Of a stretch of 31,107 nt of DNA, positions 17,309 through 27,500 are shown piece after piece (within the stretch, counting starts at the first letter, position 1; each line of letters starts with the position of its first letter). A program made the position numbers and the translations under genes. The notes beneath the pieces were generated by a model that did not search any database, had not been told where the DNA came from, and saw nothing but the letters and a program-made list of their open reading frames with translations. Location: positions 1 to 31,107 of the forward strand of contig DASXQR010000128.1 in the NCBI GenBank assembly GCA_036507075.1, in the 5' to 3' direction. The stretch is from Acidobacteriota bacterium. GTDB lineage: Bacteria; Acidobacteriota; UBA6911; JACQSX01.

Positions 17309-18724
17309 TCATTTTCCGATCCTCTTATCCAACTGACTCTCGACCGGCTGCACACTTGCGGCATGATCTTCGGCGAGTTTTCGGATACCCGCGATTATCT
17401 CGGGATGGCTCGAGGCAATGTCGAATTTCTCAGAGGGATCCTGGTCCAGATTGTAGAGCAGCGGGGGATCTTGCGGCACTTCCGGATCGCTGCCATATTC
17501 AGACTTGGTGAAGAAGTGGGCTTTGTAGGAACCCGAACGAACCGCGTAAATCTTCGTGCCGCGATAGTAGATCATGAGCTTGCGCGGACTGGCGCCGCCG
17601 CGTTCAAGGACCTCGGTGAGATCATAGCCGTCCAGAATACGGCCTGCGGGAAGCTCAACGCCGGCCATGTGTGAGAAAGTCGGAAGAATGTCGAGCGTGG
17701 AGCCCATTTCGGACACCACGCCGGGCCGGATGACACCCGGCCACCAGAAGATTGCCGGTTCCCGCATTCCGCCTTCAAACGTTCCACCTTTGCCTCCGCG
17801 CAGCAGGCCCGCCGACCCGCCCTGCTCGTTCCAGGTCAGCCAGGGTCCGTTGTCGCTGGTGAAAACAACAAGCGTCTTCCGGTCCAACTTCAGGCGCCGC
17901 AGTGTCTCGATAATCCGGCCGACGCTCCAGTCGAGCTCCTGTACGACATCGCCATAGCGTCCACGCGGGCTCTTGCCCTCAAACTCTCCGGATCGAAACA
18001 GCGGCATGTGCGGCATGGTGTGCGCCAGGTAGAGGAAAAAGGGACGGCCCTGTGCCTGCTCCAGAAACCGGACTGCTTCTTCTGTGTATCGCCGCGTGAG
18101 CGTCGTCTGATCGGCAGGCCGCTCCACGATCCGGCCGCCGCGCATCAGCGGCACCTGCCAGTACTGGATCTTCGGATTCAAAGTCATCTGCCGTTTCTTG
18201 TCGTTTGGCACGCTGACGTCAAACCAGTCCATGTCGTTTGAATACGGAAGTCCAAAGTAAGAATCAAATCCCTGACGGTCCGGAAGAAACTGAGGCAGGT
18301 GGCCAAGATGCCATTTGCCGATGCATCCGGTGCGGTATCCCTTCTGCTTGAGAAGCTCCGCAATCGTGATTTCACTGGCTGGAAGTCCGCCGGCCGAATC
18401 GGGAAACAACACGCGCCGGCTGCCTGAATTTGAACCCATGCCGCTGCGGATGGGGAGGCGTCCTGTCAGCAGAGCGGCCCGGCTCGGGGTGCAGACTGAA
18501 TCAGCGACGTAAAAACTCGTCCACTTCTGCCCTTCAGCGGCCATCCGGTCGAGATTGGGTGTGCGGATCGTTGGGTTTCCGTAGACTCCCAAATCGCCAT
18601 AACCAAGGTCGTCGCAAAGAATAATGATGAAGTTGGGGGCCGCTGGGCTGGCTGCAGGCAGCAACCAGGGAATCGAAAGAAAAAGCAGGACGCCGATTCT
18701 AGAGCTGAGCACGGAGTTGATCAC
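17309..18724 (-). CDS. Formylglycine-dependent sulfatase (arylsulfatase A-like), secreted
   Basis: [27 protein letters not shown] (CxPxR), GKWHLG, FTSDNG and FEGGMREP. Start codon uncertain. Confidence 0.95.
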   Translation of the reverse strand: MINSVLSSRIGVLLFLSIPWLLPAASPAAPNFIIILCDDLGYGDLGVYGNPTIRTPNLDRMAAEGQKWTSFYVADSVCTPSRAALLTGRLPIRSGMGSNSGSRRVLFPDSAGGLPASEITIAELLKQKGYRTGCIGKWHLGHLPQFLPDRQGFDSYFGLPYSNDMDWFDVSVPNDKKRQMTLNPKIQYWQVPLMRGGRIVERPADQTTLTRRYTEEAVRFLEQAQGRPFFLYLAHTMPHMPLFRSGEFEGKSPRGRYGDVVQELDWSVGRIIETLRRLKLDRKTLVVFTSDNGPWLTWNEQGGSAGLLRGGKGGTFEGGMREPAIFWWPGVIRPGVVSEMGSTLDILPTFSHMAGVELPAGRILDGYDLTEVLERGGASPRKLMIYYRGTKIYAVRSGSYKAHFFTKSEYGSDPEVPQDPPLLYNLDQDPSEKFDIASSHPEIIAGIRKLAEDHAASVQPVESQLDKRIGK

Positions 18725-18799
18725 GAATTACGAATTACACGAATTTCACGAATCTTTCAATCTTCAAAATAAATTCGTGAAATTCGTGTAATTCGTGGC
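18722..18799. repeat. Periodic CACGAAT palindromic element
   Basis: ACGAATTACACGAATTTCACGAAT (18730-18753) is the exact reverse complement of 18773-18796. Confidence 0.85.
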
Positions 18800-18960
18800 C
18801 AACTATCCGAAAAGATAGCGCCGGAGTTCGTCGGGATAGGCTCGCACCCGGCTTCGGGCCGACGCCCGACGGCCATGGCAAAGCGTGCTCGTCAGCTAAG
18901 GCTAAAAGTCTCAGTGATTTCCACGCAGCGTCAACGCCCGATCTGAACTGCCACCGCAGT

Positions 18961-18977
18961 TTGGCATCGCGCTTGCT
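18961..18977 (+). promoter_or_regulatory. Sigma54 (-24/-12) promoter
   Basis: TTGGCATCGCGCTTGCT matches the TGGCA..TTGCW consensus with exact GG-N10-GC spacing, about 25 nt before ATG 19003. Confidence 0.7.
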
Positions 18978-19002
18978 TTTGGAGGGTTCAAAGGATGGGG
19001 TT

Positions 19003-19203
19003 ATGTTCTTTCACGATGCTGCTGGAATACTGATACTGATATTGACCGGATCTTTTCTACTCTTTGTGCCGCTGGCGACGGCCGGTATCGGCGTCTGGGT
19101 TACGGGCAAGATCAAAACACTCGTGATGGAAGGCCATCTCGCGAGCGCTCGATTACGCGGAATGACAACACAAAGGCACGAAGGTCACAAGGGAGTCTCG
19201 TGA
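19003..19203 (+). CDS. Small hypothetical membrane protein (66 aa)
   Basis: MFFHDAAGILILILTGSFLLFVPLATAGIGVWVTGKIK..., with purine-rich AAGGATGGGG and a sigma54 motif upstream. Confidence 0.55.
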   Translation: MFFHDAAGILILILTGSFLLFVPLATAGIGVWVTGKIKTLVMEGHLASARLRGMTTQRHEGHKGVS

Positions 19204-19214
19204 CCTTTGTGGTT
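19167..19214. repeat. Short head-out element of the ACCRCNRAG family
   Basis: ACACAAAGGCACGAAGGTCACAAG ... CTCGTGACCTTTGTGGTT. Confidence 0.6.
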
Positions 19215-19244
19215 ATTCTAAAGTGATCAACAAACGCGCAACAT

Positions 19245-22200
19245 TCAAAAAATTAATTTGACTGCGAAGGTCAACTGGCGCTGGCCATGGCCCTTTTCGG
19301 CGGTGATAGTGCCAAAGGCGCTGCTCGTGGGAGTGGTACCGGGATTGTCGAACTGAACGTGATTCAGGACGTTAAAACTTTCCATCCGGAACTGACTCTT
19401 GAATCGCTCACTGATCTTGAAATTCTTGAAAAGCGACAGGTCGACATTGTTGATACCATCGGCTCGGACCCCTGTAAATCGCGTCGAGAAAGTCCGGATG
19501 TTATTTGCCAGTTGCTTGCGCGGGTCTGTCTCAAAGCCCGCTCCTGTGTTAAACCAGCGCTCCGCGCTGCGCTGGCTGAGCGGCAAAGGAATGTCATGCA
19601 GATCGCCATTGAAAATCGCGTTGCCAAAACCGAGCGCGTCGCCGCTCTGGCCTTCAAACCAGCCCTGCAGTTGCCATCCGCCAATAAGCAGCTCCATCCA
19701 ACCGCGCGAGCTGCCAAACAGCTTCTTCCCCCGGCCAAAGGGCAGTTCATAAATCCCGCTGAGAACGAACCGGTGCGGATAGTCCTGGCTGGAAACCACG
19801 TTCTCCAGCGCCAGATCGCTGTCATTCAGGAAACCCGTGGCCTCCATGAATTTAGACCAGGTCCACGCCAACTGAAAAGTCACACCCTTGCTGAAGCGCT
19901 TCTCCGCCGCCAACTGAAGCGAATGATACGAGGAATACCCGATAGGGACATTCGCGGTGATGCTTGTGAAGTGGGGATAGGGGCGCAGCAGTTGTTGGCG
20001 GCCGATGCGCTGGGCGGCCAAAGATGTTCCGGCAAATTCAGGAATGCCGAAGAACGGATTCGGCACCTGAGCGCTCAGAAAATCAATTGTCGCCTGGTCC
20101 CGGGCGGCTGAAGTTGACAGATAGCGGGCGGGAATCGGATTCAGCTCGCGATTAGCGCTCAACTTCAGACCCCTGTTGCCCACGTAACTTGTCTCGACTA
20201 CCACGCGCCCAGGGAGCTCCCGCTGCGCCGAGAAGGACCAGCGCTGCATGTAAGGGTTCAAAGGTCTTTCATGGAAATAACTGACGGTTCTCCCGAGAAA
20301 GGTGCGCGCCCCGCCGGCGGCCCCCGCCGGAGGTTGCAGGCCGTCGGGAAACGGATTGGTAAGCGTCGCACGGAATGTCAACCCGTTATCCAGGCTGGGA
20401 ACAATGTTGGTCGGTTGGTTGAAACCACCCTGGTTGACGTCCTGCTGGTCAACCCCGACTACGTCATAAAAGACCCCGTAGCCGGCGCGGACCACTGTCT
20501 TGGTTGACAGTTGATATGCCAACCCAATGCGAGGCGCAAAATTATTTCTGTCCGGACTCCACAGCCCGCGCGGCTGGCTGCCTGCTCCTGCAAACAGCAA
20601 TCCCCCCAGAGCTCGAAAATCAGACACTGACACTTCGGGGATAGGAGCTTTCTTGTAGTTGGCAAGCGCCTGTTCTGAAATTGGGCTGGGAGTTTGAAAG
20701 TCAAAACCGCGGATAGATCGATTGAATCGCTCTGTGGTGGGAGCTTCATATTCGTAGCGCAGGCCCACGTTCATCGTCAACCGGCGAGTCACTCTCCAAT
20801 CATCGTGAATATAGAAGGAAGTAAAGGAGGATTGCTCGGCGCGCGTGGCGTTGATGTTAATTGTTCCACCGCTGGTGACGCCCAATAAGAACGAAGCCAG
20901 ACCTTGGCCAATGGGTGCAGCCGTAGAGTTGTCAAGTGGTCCGCGAGTCCAGTTGCTGGCAAATTCAAGGCGCGGCGCCACATTGCCGAAGTTGTTGCCG
21001 TTCTCACGCATCAGGCGGAATTCGCCGCCCAAACGGACACTGTGGGCTCCCGAAATTCTGGTGACGGTGCCGCCAAGGGTTTGGTAATAAATAGCGCGGC
21101 CGTTTCCTCCGTCGGCGCTCAGATTGGTATATGCCGACGCGTCGACCACCACTTGAGGGAAAGCGATTCCGGCCGGATTGTTCTTGTTTCGGATCTGGTC
21201 GACCAGACTCTGTGGAAACCCGAGCGAAAGCAGGTCAAATCCCTGGCTGAACCGAGACACCACCGGGTTTTGATACGTCATGCCGTAGCGCAGATTGAGC
21301 AAGAGCTGGGGATTGAAGACATAGACATCATCCACGACCAGGCCGTAGCCGGTTTGATCGGTAAGGTCACCCACGGCGATAGTCGGCATTGTCTGCACGC
21401 TGTTTTGGTACTGGTTGTTGTTGACACGTACAAAGAAGCGATGGTCTTCACTGAAGTTGTGGTCCACTCTCGCGACCACGGAACGATTGTCGCGGATAAT
21501 ATTCTGCGTGCGGAAGTAATTTTGCCGCCCGTCGGCGGTTCCGGGTTGATTGGGTTCCGGCCAAAAGCCGAGAATCTTTTTTGCAATCGGATCGATGCGG
21601 CCGGCAGGGATAATGTTCCCGGGGATTGGCCTGCGGCTGAAGCGGCCATTGGGAGCGGGCGCAATCGTTGCCGGATCGTAAATCTGGTACTGAGATCCGA
21701 GCGCAAGCAGCGCCGAGAAATCGCCGCGCCTCTCTTCCAATGTCGGCACGGTTCCTGTGAAAGTCAGATTCCGCACAATGTGCAGGTCCTCGTAACCGAA
21801 ACTCCAAAATGTGCGATTGTGACCGTCATAGATGCGCGGAATTACCACTGGGCCGGTTGACGTGGCTCCCCAGCGCTGGTGCAGCCAGCCCGGGACTACT
21901 TCCCGCCGTTTCTGGTCGGTGACAGGTCCTGTGCTCGGGTCATGCAAGAAGCGATTGGTGAACCATGGGACCGCGCGGATGCGCGAGTCGAAGAAATAAG
22001 CGGTCCCATGCAGCTTATTCGTTCCGGATTTCATGCTCACGTTGGTCACCGCGCCGGCTGCATGACCCAGGCTGGCGTCGTAGGTGGCAGATTGGATCTT
22101 GAATTCCTGCACCAGGTCCTGCGGCGGAGAGAAAGCGCCGCTGCGTTCGAACATGTTGGGCGCGCCGTCCAGAGAGACTTCACTCGAGCCGCTGCGTGTT

Positions 22201-22760
22201 CCGTTTACAATGATGCCGGTGGCCGCGCCAAAGTCCATCGGATTGCCGGCTGACCTTCCTCCGTTGGCAAGAATCCCGGGCGCCAGCCGTGACAGATAAA
22301 ACGGATTTCCCCCCACCATCGGCAGTTGCGTCACCTTTCCTCCGTCCATGACCATGCCAATGGATGCCGTTGATGTTTCCAGCAGCGGCGTGTCGCCGGT
22401 TACGACCACAGAATCGGCGACCTCTCCTACCTGCAGCGTGAAGTCCAGCGTGAGGCGATCGTTCACACGCAATTCGATCGAGTCGCGAATGGAAGTCTTA
22501 AAACCCGGCATTTCAAGTGTGACTCGATACAGTCCCGGCAGCAGATAAGGAATCTCGTAATTGCCGTCGTCATTGGTCACGGAGGAAGCTTTAACAGCGG
22601 TCGCGAGATTGGCGGCCTGCACGGCCGCCCCGGGTATCACCGCGCCGCTTGCGTCGGTGACACGGCCGATAATTACTGCGCGCGACTCCTGGCCGTAGCA
22701 GAGGGTCGCGCAACCCAGCAAAATGACTCCCAGTGAGGTACTTGTCAGTAAACGTCTCAT
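19245..22760 (-). CDS. TonB-dependent receptor with carboxypeptidase regulatory-like domain
   Basis: GGAGGT RBS, signal peptide, QESRAVIIGRVTDASGAVIPG, PPQDLVQEFKIQSATYDASLG, and C-terminal RQLTFAVKLIF. Confidence 0.93.
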   Translation of the reverse strand: MRRLLTSTSLGVILLGCATLCYGQESRAVIIGRVTDASGAVIPGAAVQAANLATAVKASSVTNDDGNYEIPYLLPGLYRVTLEMPGFKTSIRDSIELRVNDRLTLDFTLQVGEVADSVVVTGDTPLLETSTASIGMVMDGGKVTQLPMVGGNPFYLSRLAPGILANGGRSAGNPMDFGAATGIIVNGTRSGSSEVSLDGAPNMFERSGAFSPPQDLVQEFKIQSATYDASLGHAAGAVTNVSMKSGTNKLHGTAYFFDSRIRAVPWFTNRFLHDPSTGPVTDQKRREVVPGWLHQRWGATSTGPVVIPRIYDGHNRTFWSFGYEDLHIVRNLTFTGTVPTLEERRGDFSALLALGSQYQIYDPATIAPAPNGRFSRRPIPGNIIPAGRIDPIAKKILGFWPEPNQPGTADGRQNYFRTQNIIRDNRSVVARVDHNFSEDHRFFVRVNNNQYQNSVQTMPTIAVGDLTDQTGYGLVVDDVYVFNPQLLLNLRYGMTYQNPVVSRFSQGFDLLSLGFPQSLVDQIRNKNNPAGIAFPQVVVDASAYTNLSADGGNGRAIYYQTLGGTVTRISGAHSVRLGGEFRLMRENGNNFGNVAPRLEFASNWTRGPLDNSTAAPIGQGLASFLLGVTSGGTININATRAEQSSFTSFYIHDDWRVTRRLTMNVGLRYEYEAPTTERFNRSIRGFDFQTPSPISEQALANYKKAPIPEVSVSDFRALGGLLFAGAGSQPRGLWSPDRNNFAPRIGLAYQLSTKTVVRAGYGVFYDVVGVDQQDVNQGGFNQPTNIVPSLDNGLTFRATLTNPFPDGLQPPAGAAGGARTFLGRTVSYFHERPLNPYMQRWSFSAQRELPGRVVVETSYVGNRGLKLSANRELNPIPARYLSTSAARDQATIDFLSAQVPNPFFGIPEFAGTSLAAQRIGRQQLLRPYPHFTSITANVPIGYSSYHSLQLAAEKRFSKGVTFQLAWTWSKFMEATGFLNDSDLALENVVSSQDYPHRFVLSGIYELPFGRGKKLFGSSRGWMELLIGGWQLQGWFEGQSGDALGFGNAIFNGDLHDIPLPLSQRSAERWFNTGAGFETDPRKQLANNIRTFSTRFTGVRADGINNVDLSLFKNFKISERFKSQFRMESFNVLNHVQFDNPGTTPTSSAFGTITAEKGHGQRQLTFAVKLIF

Positions 22761-22837
22761 GTCCGCTTACCTCCCTAAAGGTGGGCCGATGGATAAAAGG
22801 ATAATAACTCAGATCGTCCCTGGCGGCGGAGAAGAAT

Positions 22838-22905
22838 GGAGAGCGGGAGAGCGGGGGAGTGGGAGGGAGGGAAAGCTGGGATCTTACTTGGCGCCTTGGT
22901 GGTTT
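22838..22905. repeat. G-rich octamer tandem repeat followed by a lone ACCRCNRAG arm
   Basis: GGAGAGCG GGAGAGCG GGGGAGTG GGAGGGAG (22838-22869); CTTGGCGCCTTGGTGGTTT (22887-22905). Confidence 0.65.
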
Positions 22906-22951
22906 ATTTCTTTTTAACTTCAGCGTACCAAGCTACCGAAAGTCCGAAATC

Positions 22952-23188
22952 TTACCTGCGACCGTCCCACTGTCGGCTGCACTGGTTACACACCAGCGCC
23001 TTCTGCAAAATACCGCTGGGGCTTCTGACCAGCGGGATTTCTAAAATCAGCAAATCCTCCCCTTCGAGCCCGCAGAAGTGGCAAGTCTGCGATGCCCGGC
23101 CAAATTGCTGCCTCTTGTAACTTCTCCTGGCCATCCTTCTGGCGCCGGAATAGAGTTTCGACGTCGCATATTCGTTGGAATTTGGCAA
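22952..23188 (-). CDS. Small basic CxxC...CxxC zinc-ribbon-like hypothetical protein
   Basis: GGAGG 7 nt before a TTG start, CHFC and CNQC motifs, and it fills an otherwise empty gap. Confidence 0.55.
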   Translation of the reverse strand: MPNSNEYATSKLYSGARRMARRSYKRQQFGRASQTCHFCGLEGEDLLILEIPLVRSPSGILQKALVCNQCSRQWDGRR

Positions 23189-23203
23189 GTTGGAACCTCC
23201 GTT

Positions 23204-23236
23204 TCCTATGCGGGTGATGGTGTCACCCGCATAGGA
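23204..23236. other. Perfect 14-bp stem-loop directly upstream of the zinc-ribbon gene RBS
   Basis: TCCTATGCGGGTGA-tggtg-TCACCCGCATAGGA. Confidence 0.7.
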
Positions 23237-23458
23237 GATTCCCGATAACGCGCTGAAACGTTTGCAGATACCAGCGCACTTGCCGCTACAGCACAGTCGC
23301 CGGATTCTCCAGACAGCGATTCAGGTGCCGCCGAGTATCCCTCTAACGGGCATACAAGTCTGTTCAAAATTGCACATATGTTCCAGAAATTAAATCTCGA
23401 GGAGCGAAGTCGTTTCCTTCACTTCAAGGCAGCAATCTTGCGGCGAGGTAGAGCGGTG

Positions 23459-24196
23459 CTAATCATGCAGAACCAGATCTGTCAGCAGTGCGGGACGCAG
23501 GATTACGACGTCGTTATATTCAATCAGACCGAGCTTTCTGAATTTGTTCATGAAATGCGTGACGCGCGGGCGCGTGGTACCCACCATTTCCGCCAGCATT
23601 TCATGACTCAGTTTGGGCACGTGTAAATACTCACGGTGTTTTTCGCCAAAGCGCGAGAGCTTCAGGAGCGCCCGGGCCAGACGTTTCTCACTGTGATTAA
23701 AGAGCTGGTCGCAAAGATCTTCTTCCAGGTCGATGTTGCGAGCCAATATGCGGCCCAGCAGAGCTTCGGTAAGGTCCGGCAGGTCGTGCAGCGCTTTCAG
23801 CATCGCTGCTTTGTCGATTCGCAGCAGGATGGAGGCTTCCAGCGTCGTGGCGCTGCTCATGCGGAGAGACTGCCCCACCAGGCAGCCTTCTCCGAAGAAT
23901 TCTCCCGGCCCAAGCATGGAAAGCGTGGCTTCTCTCCCGGATGACGAAACCACTGTGATCTTTACCTTTCCAGTATGTATAAAAAATATCGCGTTTGCGG
24001 GGTCTCCCTGAAGAAAGATAGACCGCTTCGTGCGCGCCGAAATACTCGTCGCTTCTATCTTCTTGATAAGCAATTCAAGCGGAAGAGCCTTCAGTTTTCT
24101 GCTCTTGGCCTTTCTTTTATGTTTCCCGGGAGTACGCATTTCGTTACGGCTTGACGAAAATAAGGATTTTCGCGCCCGGTGTTCGGTAACCGCCAT
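23459..24196 (-). CDS. Crp/Fnr family transcriptional regulator
   Basis: cNMP-binding fold (IFLQGDPANAIFFIHTGKVKI, GEFFGEGCL) and HTH (SEKRLARALL, LSHEMLAEMVGTTRPRVTHFMNKFRKLGLI). Start may be 24139. Confidence 0.93.
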   Translation of the reverse strand: MAVTEHRARKSLFSSSRNEMRTPGKHKRKAKSRKLKALPLELLIKKIEATSISARTKRSIFLQGDPANAIFFIHTGKVKITVVSSSGREATLSMLGPGEFFGEGCLVGQSLRMSSATTLEASILLRIDKAAMLKALHDLPDLTEALLGRILARNIDLEEDLCDQLFNHSEKRLARALLKLSRFGEKHREYLHVPKLSHEMLAEMVGTTRPRVTHFMNKFRKLGLIEYNDVVILRPALLTDLVLHD

Positions 24197-24275
24197 TAGA
24201 ATAGTTTACTATGAGGTGAAACAAAAAGCCGTTGTGTTCCCGGGAGAATAAAGTTTTGTCTTCTGCAACGCCCTT

Positions 24276-24317
24276 TTAGGTTGCATCCGATACCACTTAG
24301 GTTGCATCCGAGACCAC
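24276..24317. promoter_or_regulatory. 21-bp direct repeat, possible operator
   Basis: TTAGGTTGCATCCGATACCAC / TTAGGTTGCATCCGAGACCAC in the divergent crp-receptor spacer. Confidence 0.5.
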
Positions 24318-24325
24318 CGGAACCG

Positions 24326-24375
24326 GCTTGGTGTCTTGGTGGTTCATTTTTTTTTAACCACCAAGGCACCAAGCT
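24326..24375. repeat. Head-in inverted repeat of the ACCRCNRAG family
   Basis: GCTTGGTGTCTTGGTGGTT, a T-rich loop, then AACCACCAAGGCACCAAGC. Confidence 0.8.
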
Positions 24376-24504
24376 ACCAAACGTGCACTACTCTAACTGT
24401 GATGACCAATGACCCCAGTGACCAATGCACGATGACTGATGTATACTTGGCCAAACAGCACTTTCAGGCCAAACTCAGTTTCCCACTCAAGAAGGGAGGG
24501 GAGT

Positions 24505-27500
24505 ATGAGAAGACTCTTTTCAACCTTCCTCGGCTGCAGCATCCTACTTGCGTTTTTTACCTCGGCAGTGCAGGCCCAGGAGATTCGCGCCTCTATTTCC
24601 GGGATCATCCGTGATCCGTCCGGCTCTGTTGTCCCGGGCGTCACCGTGACGGTCACCAGTGTGGAGCGAAACACTTCATTGTCCACCGTGTCCGAGGATA
24701 CCGGCAATTACCTGATCTCATTTCTGCTCCCCGGCACTTACAGGCTGGCGACCGAGCTGCCGGGTTTTAAGAGATTCATTCGCGAGAACATTCTGCTGCA
24801 AGTCGGCGACAAGGCCAGAATCGATGTCACTTTGGAAGTGGGTGAAGTTTCCGACTCGGTGGTCGTGGAACAGAAAAGCCAGCTTCTGGAAACAGAAACA
24901 GCCACGCGCGGCCATGTGATCACCAGCCAGCAGATCGCCGATTTGCCGAATAACGGCCGCAACGTTTTTCAGCTCGTCTGGGCCGTTCCAGGCGTCATCA
25001 AAGCCAGTACTTACTGGGGATCGATGGAAAACTACGCCCTTGGCAACGCCACCAGCGTCTCGATCAACGGCGGAAAAGTGCGCGAAAACGAGACCCTGCT
25101 GGACGGAACCACTGACACCGTTGCCAACCGCGATGTCAACTTCCAGCCACCGTTGGAATCGGTGCGGGAGTTCAAGGTCAACACGGGAACCTACGACGCC
25201 CAGTATGGCCGCACCGGCGGCGGCGTTACGACTATTCATTCGAAGTCCGGGACCAATGCCTTCCATGGATCCGTATACGAGTTCAACAAGATGGACGCGT
25301 TGGGTGCCAATCCCTGGGTGTTGAATTATCTGAAACAGCCGCGGCCGCACTTCATCAACAACACATTCGGATTCGAGGTCGATGGGCCTGTCTATGTTCC
25401 CAAACTGTTTGACGGACGCAACAAGGTGTTCTTCATGGTTGCTTACGAAGGTTTACAGGAACGGTCCTCCGGCGGGGACAGCGCGCTGGTGCCTACCGAC
25501 GCTATGCGGAACGGCGACTTCTCGGCTGTTCCGGTAACTATCTTCGATCCGCTCACCACCAAAACAGTGGACGGCAGGATTGTTCGCGAGGCCTTCGCCG
25601 GCAACAAGATTCCGGCGAATCGCATTAGCCCTGTTGCCGCCAAGGTGCTCGCCTTTGTTCCCAAACCGAACTTCGGAACCGGCGTGCCGGGTGAGGACAA
25701 CTACGCCGCCTTCCTTGGCGCGAAAAACTACTACAACGAATGGCTGGCGCGACTGGATTGGGCGATCAATGCCAACAATAACATCTACGTGCGTCACGGG
25801 CGACTTCCATATACGGAATTCGATGACATTCTTTTCGGGGGAAGCAGCCCCGCTGAGCCGAGCACGGAGAATCCGCTGCATCGTAATTTCTACAACTGGA
25901 GCGTCGACTGGACGTCAACGCTGAACCCGACTACCATCCTGGATCTGCGCGCAGGACTGGCGCGCTACGTCAACACGGGTGGAAGTCCGCCGGCGGTCGG
26001 TTTTGACCCGCGCAAGCTGGAATTTGCCGACAGCCTCGTTTCTCAATTTACTTTTTTGCATTTCCCTCGATTCGAGTTGGGGAAATATACAACCGTCGGA
26101 ACAAGTCGCATTCTCAGCAAAGACGTCAACGACGCCTACAGTTATCAGGCCAATTTGAGCCGCGTCGAGGGCAATCATCAGTTGAAGACGGGAGTCGAGT
26201 TCCGACTTTACAATCAGAACTCGCTCACCCCGGGACTGTCCAGTGGCCGCTATGTTTTCAACAAGGTTTTCACACAGAGAGATCCGACAAGGGCAGACGC
26301 GGCTTCGGGGGACGAATTTGCCGCCTTCCTGCTCGGCTATCCGATTTCAGGTTCTGTCGATGTGAATGTTGATCCAGCGTTCCAGCATCATTATTATGCG
26401 CTGTTTGCGCAGGACGATTGGAAAGTCACGCCCCGTCTCACCGCCAATCTGGGATTACGCTGGGACATGGAGACAGCGCCGGTGGAGCGTTTTAACCGCA
26501 TGCACCGCGGCTTTGCCTTCAGCGCTGCGCATCCGCTGGCCGGCAGTGTGCCCGGTTTGAATCTCAAGGGCGGCATTCTGTTTGCCTCCGAGAATGATCG
26601 ACGAGCATTTGAGCTGGACAAGAACAACTTCCAGCCGCGCGTCGGAATGGCTTACCGCCTGTCTGAGAAATGGGTGGTGCGCGGGGGTTACGGATTATTT
26701 TTCCTGGGAGCCAACGAACGCGGCTCCACGGAAGGATTCAGCCGCCAGACGCCGCTGATTGCCAGCAATGATTCCGGACAGACACCCCGCGTGACTTTAA
26801 CCAACGCCTTTCCTGAAGGACTGCTGCGGCCCATCGGAAACAGCCTGGGAGCGAACACGAATACGGGCCTGAACATCGGCACGGTTTTTTTGGATCGGCC
26901 GCTTCCTTACTCCCATCAATTCTCGTTTGGGGTCGAGAGGCAGCTTCCCGGGGAGTGGCTGGTGGAAGTGGCATACTCGGGGAATCAATCACGCCGCTTG
27001 CCGGTTTCTGCCAACATCAATGTCATTCCGCGCGAAGAACTGGGCAAAGATTCCACTTACTACACCGCACGACTCCCGAATCCTCTGCAGGGGCTCATTC
27101 CCGCGAATTCTTCCCTTAACGGGGCCACCATCTCACGCGAGCTTTTGCTGCGTCCTTATCCCCACTACGGGGCCATTTCGGTAGGCAGCATTCCCATCGG
27201 AAAGCAGTACTACCACTCCATGCAGAGTCGCTTGACCAAGCGGTTCAACCAGGGGATGTCTTTGCTGGTGGCCTATACCATTTCCAAGAACATCGAGGCC
27301 GTCAGCTTCCTGAACAACCAGGATTTCATTCTCAGCGATCCTGACTCCTCCAGGCCGGAGAGGCGATTGACCCAGTTTGACGCGCCGCAAAAACTGGCGG
27401 TCCTTTGGACCGCACAGCTTCCATTTGGTCGCAGCCGGCGGTTTGGATCTAACGTAAACCCGGTGGTCGATAAGGTCATCGGCGGCTGGCAGTTCAACAT

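Noticed and set aside
19287..22253. Plus-strand ORFs of 274, 318 and 124 aa
   Set aside because: Antisense shadows of the TonB receptor, as expected in GC-rich coding DNA.
23237..23458. Possible riboswitch upstream of the zinc-ribbon gene
   Set aside because: No conserved motif of a known riboswitch class was recognisable by eye.
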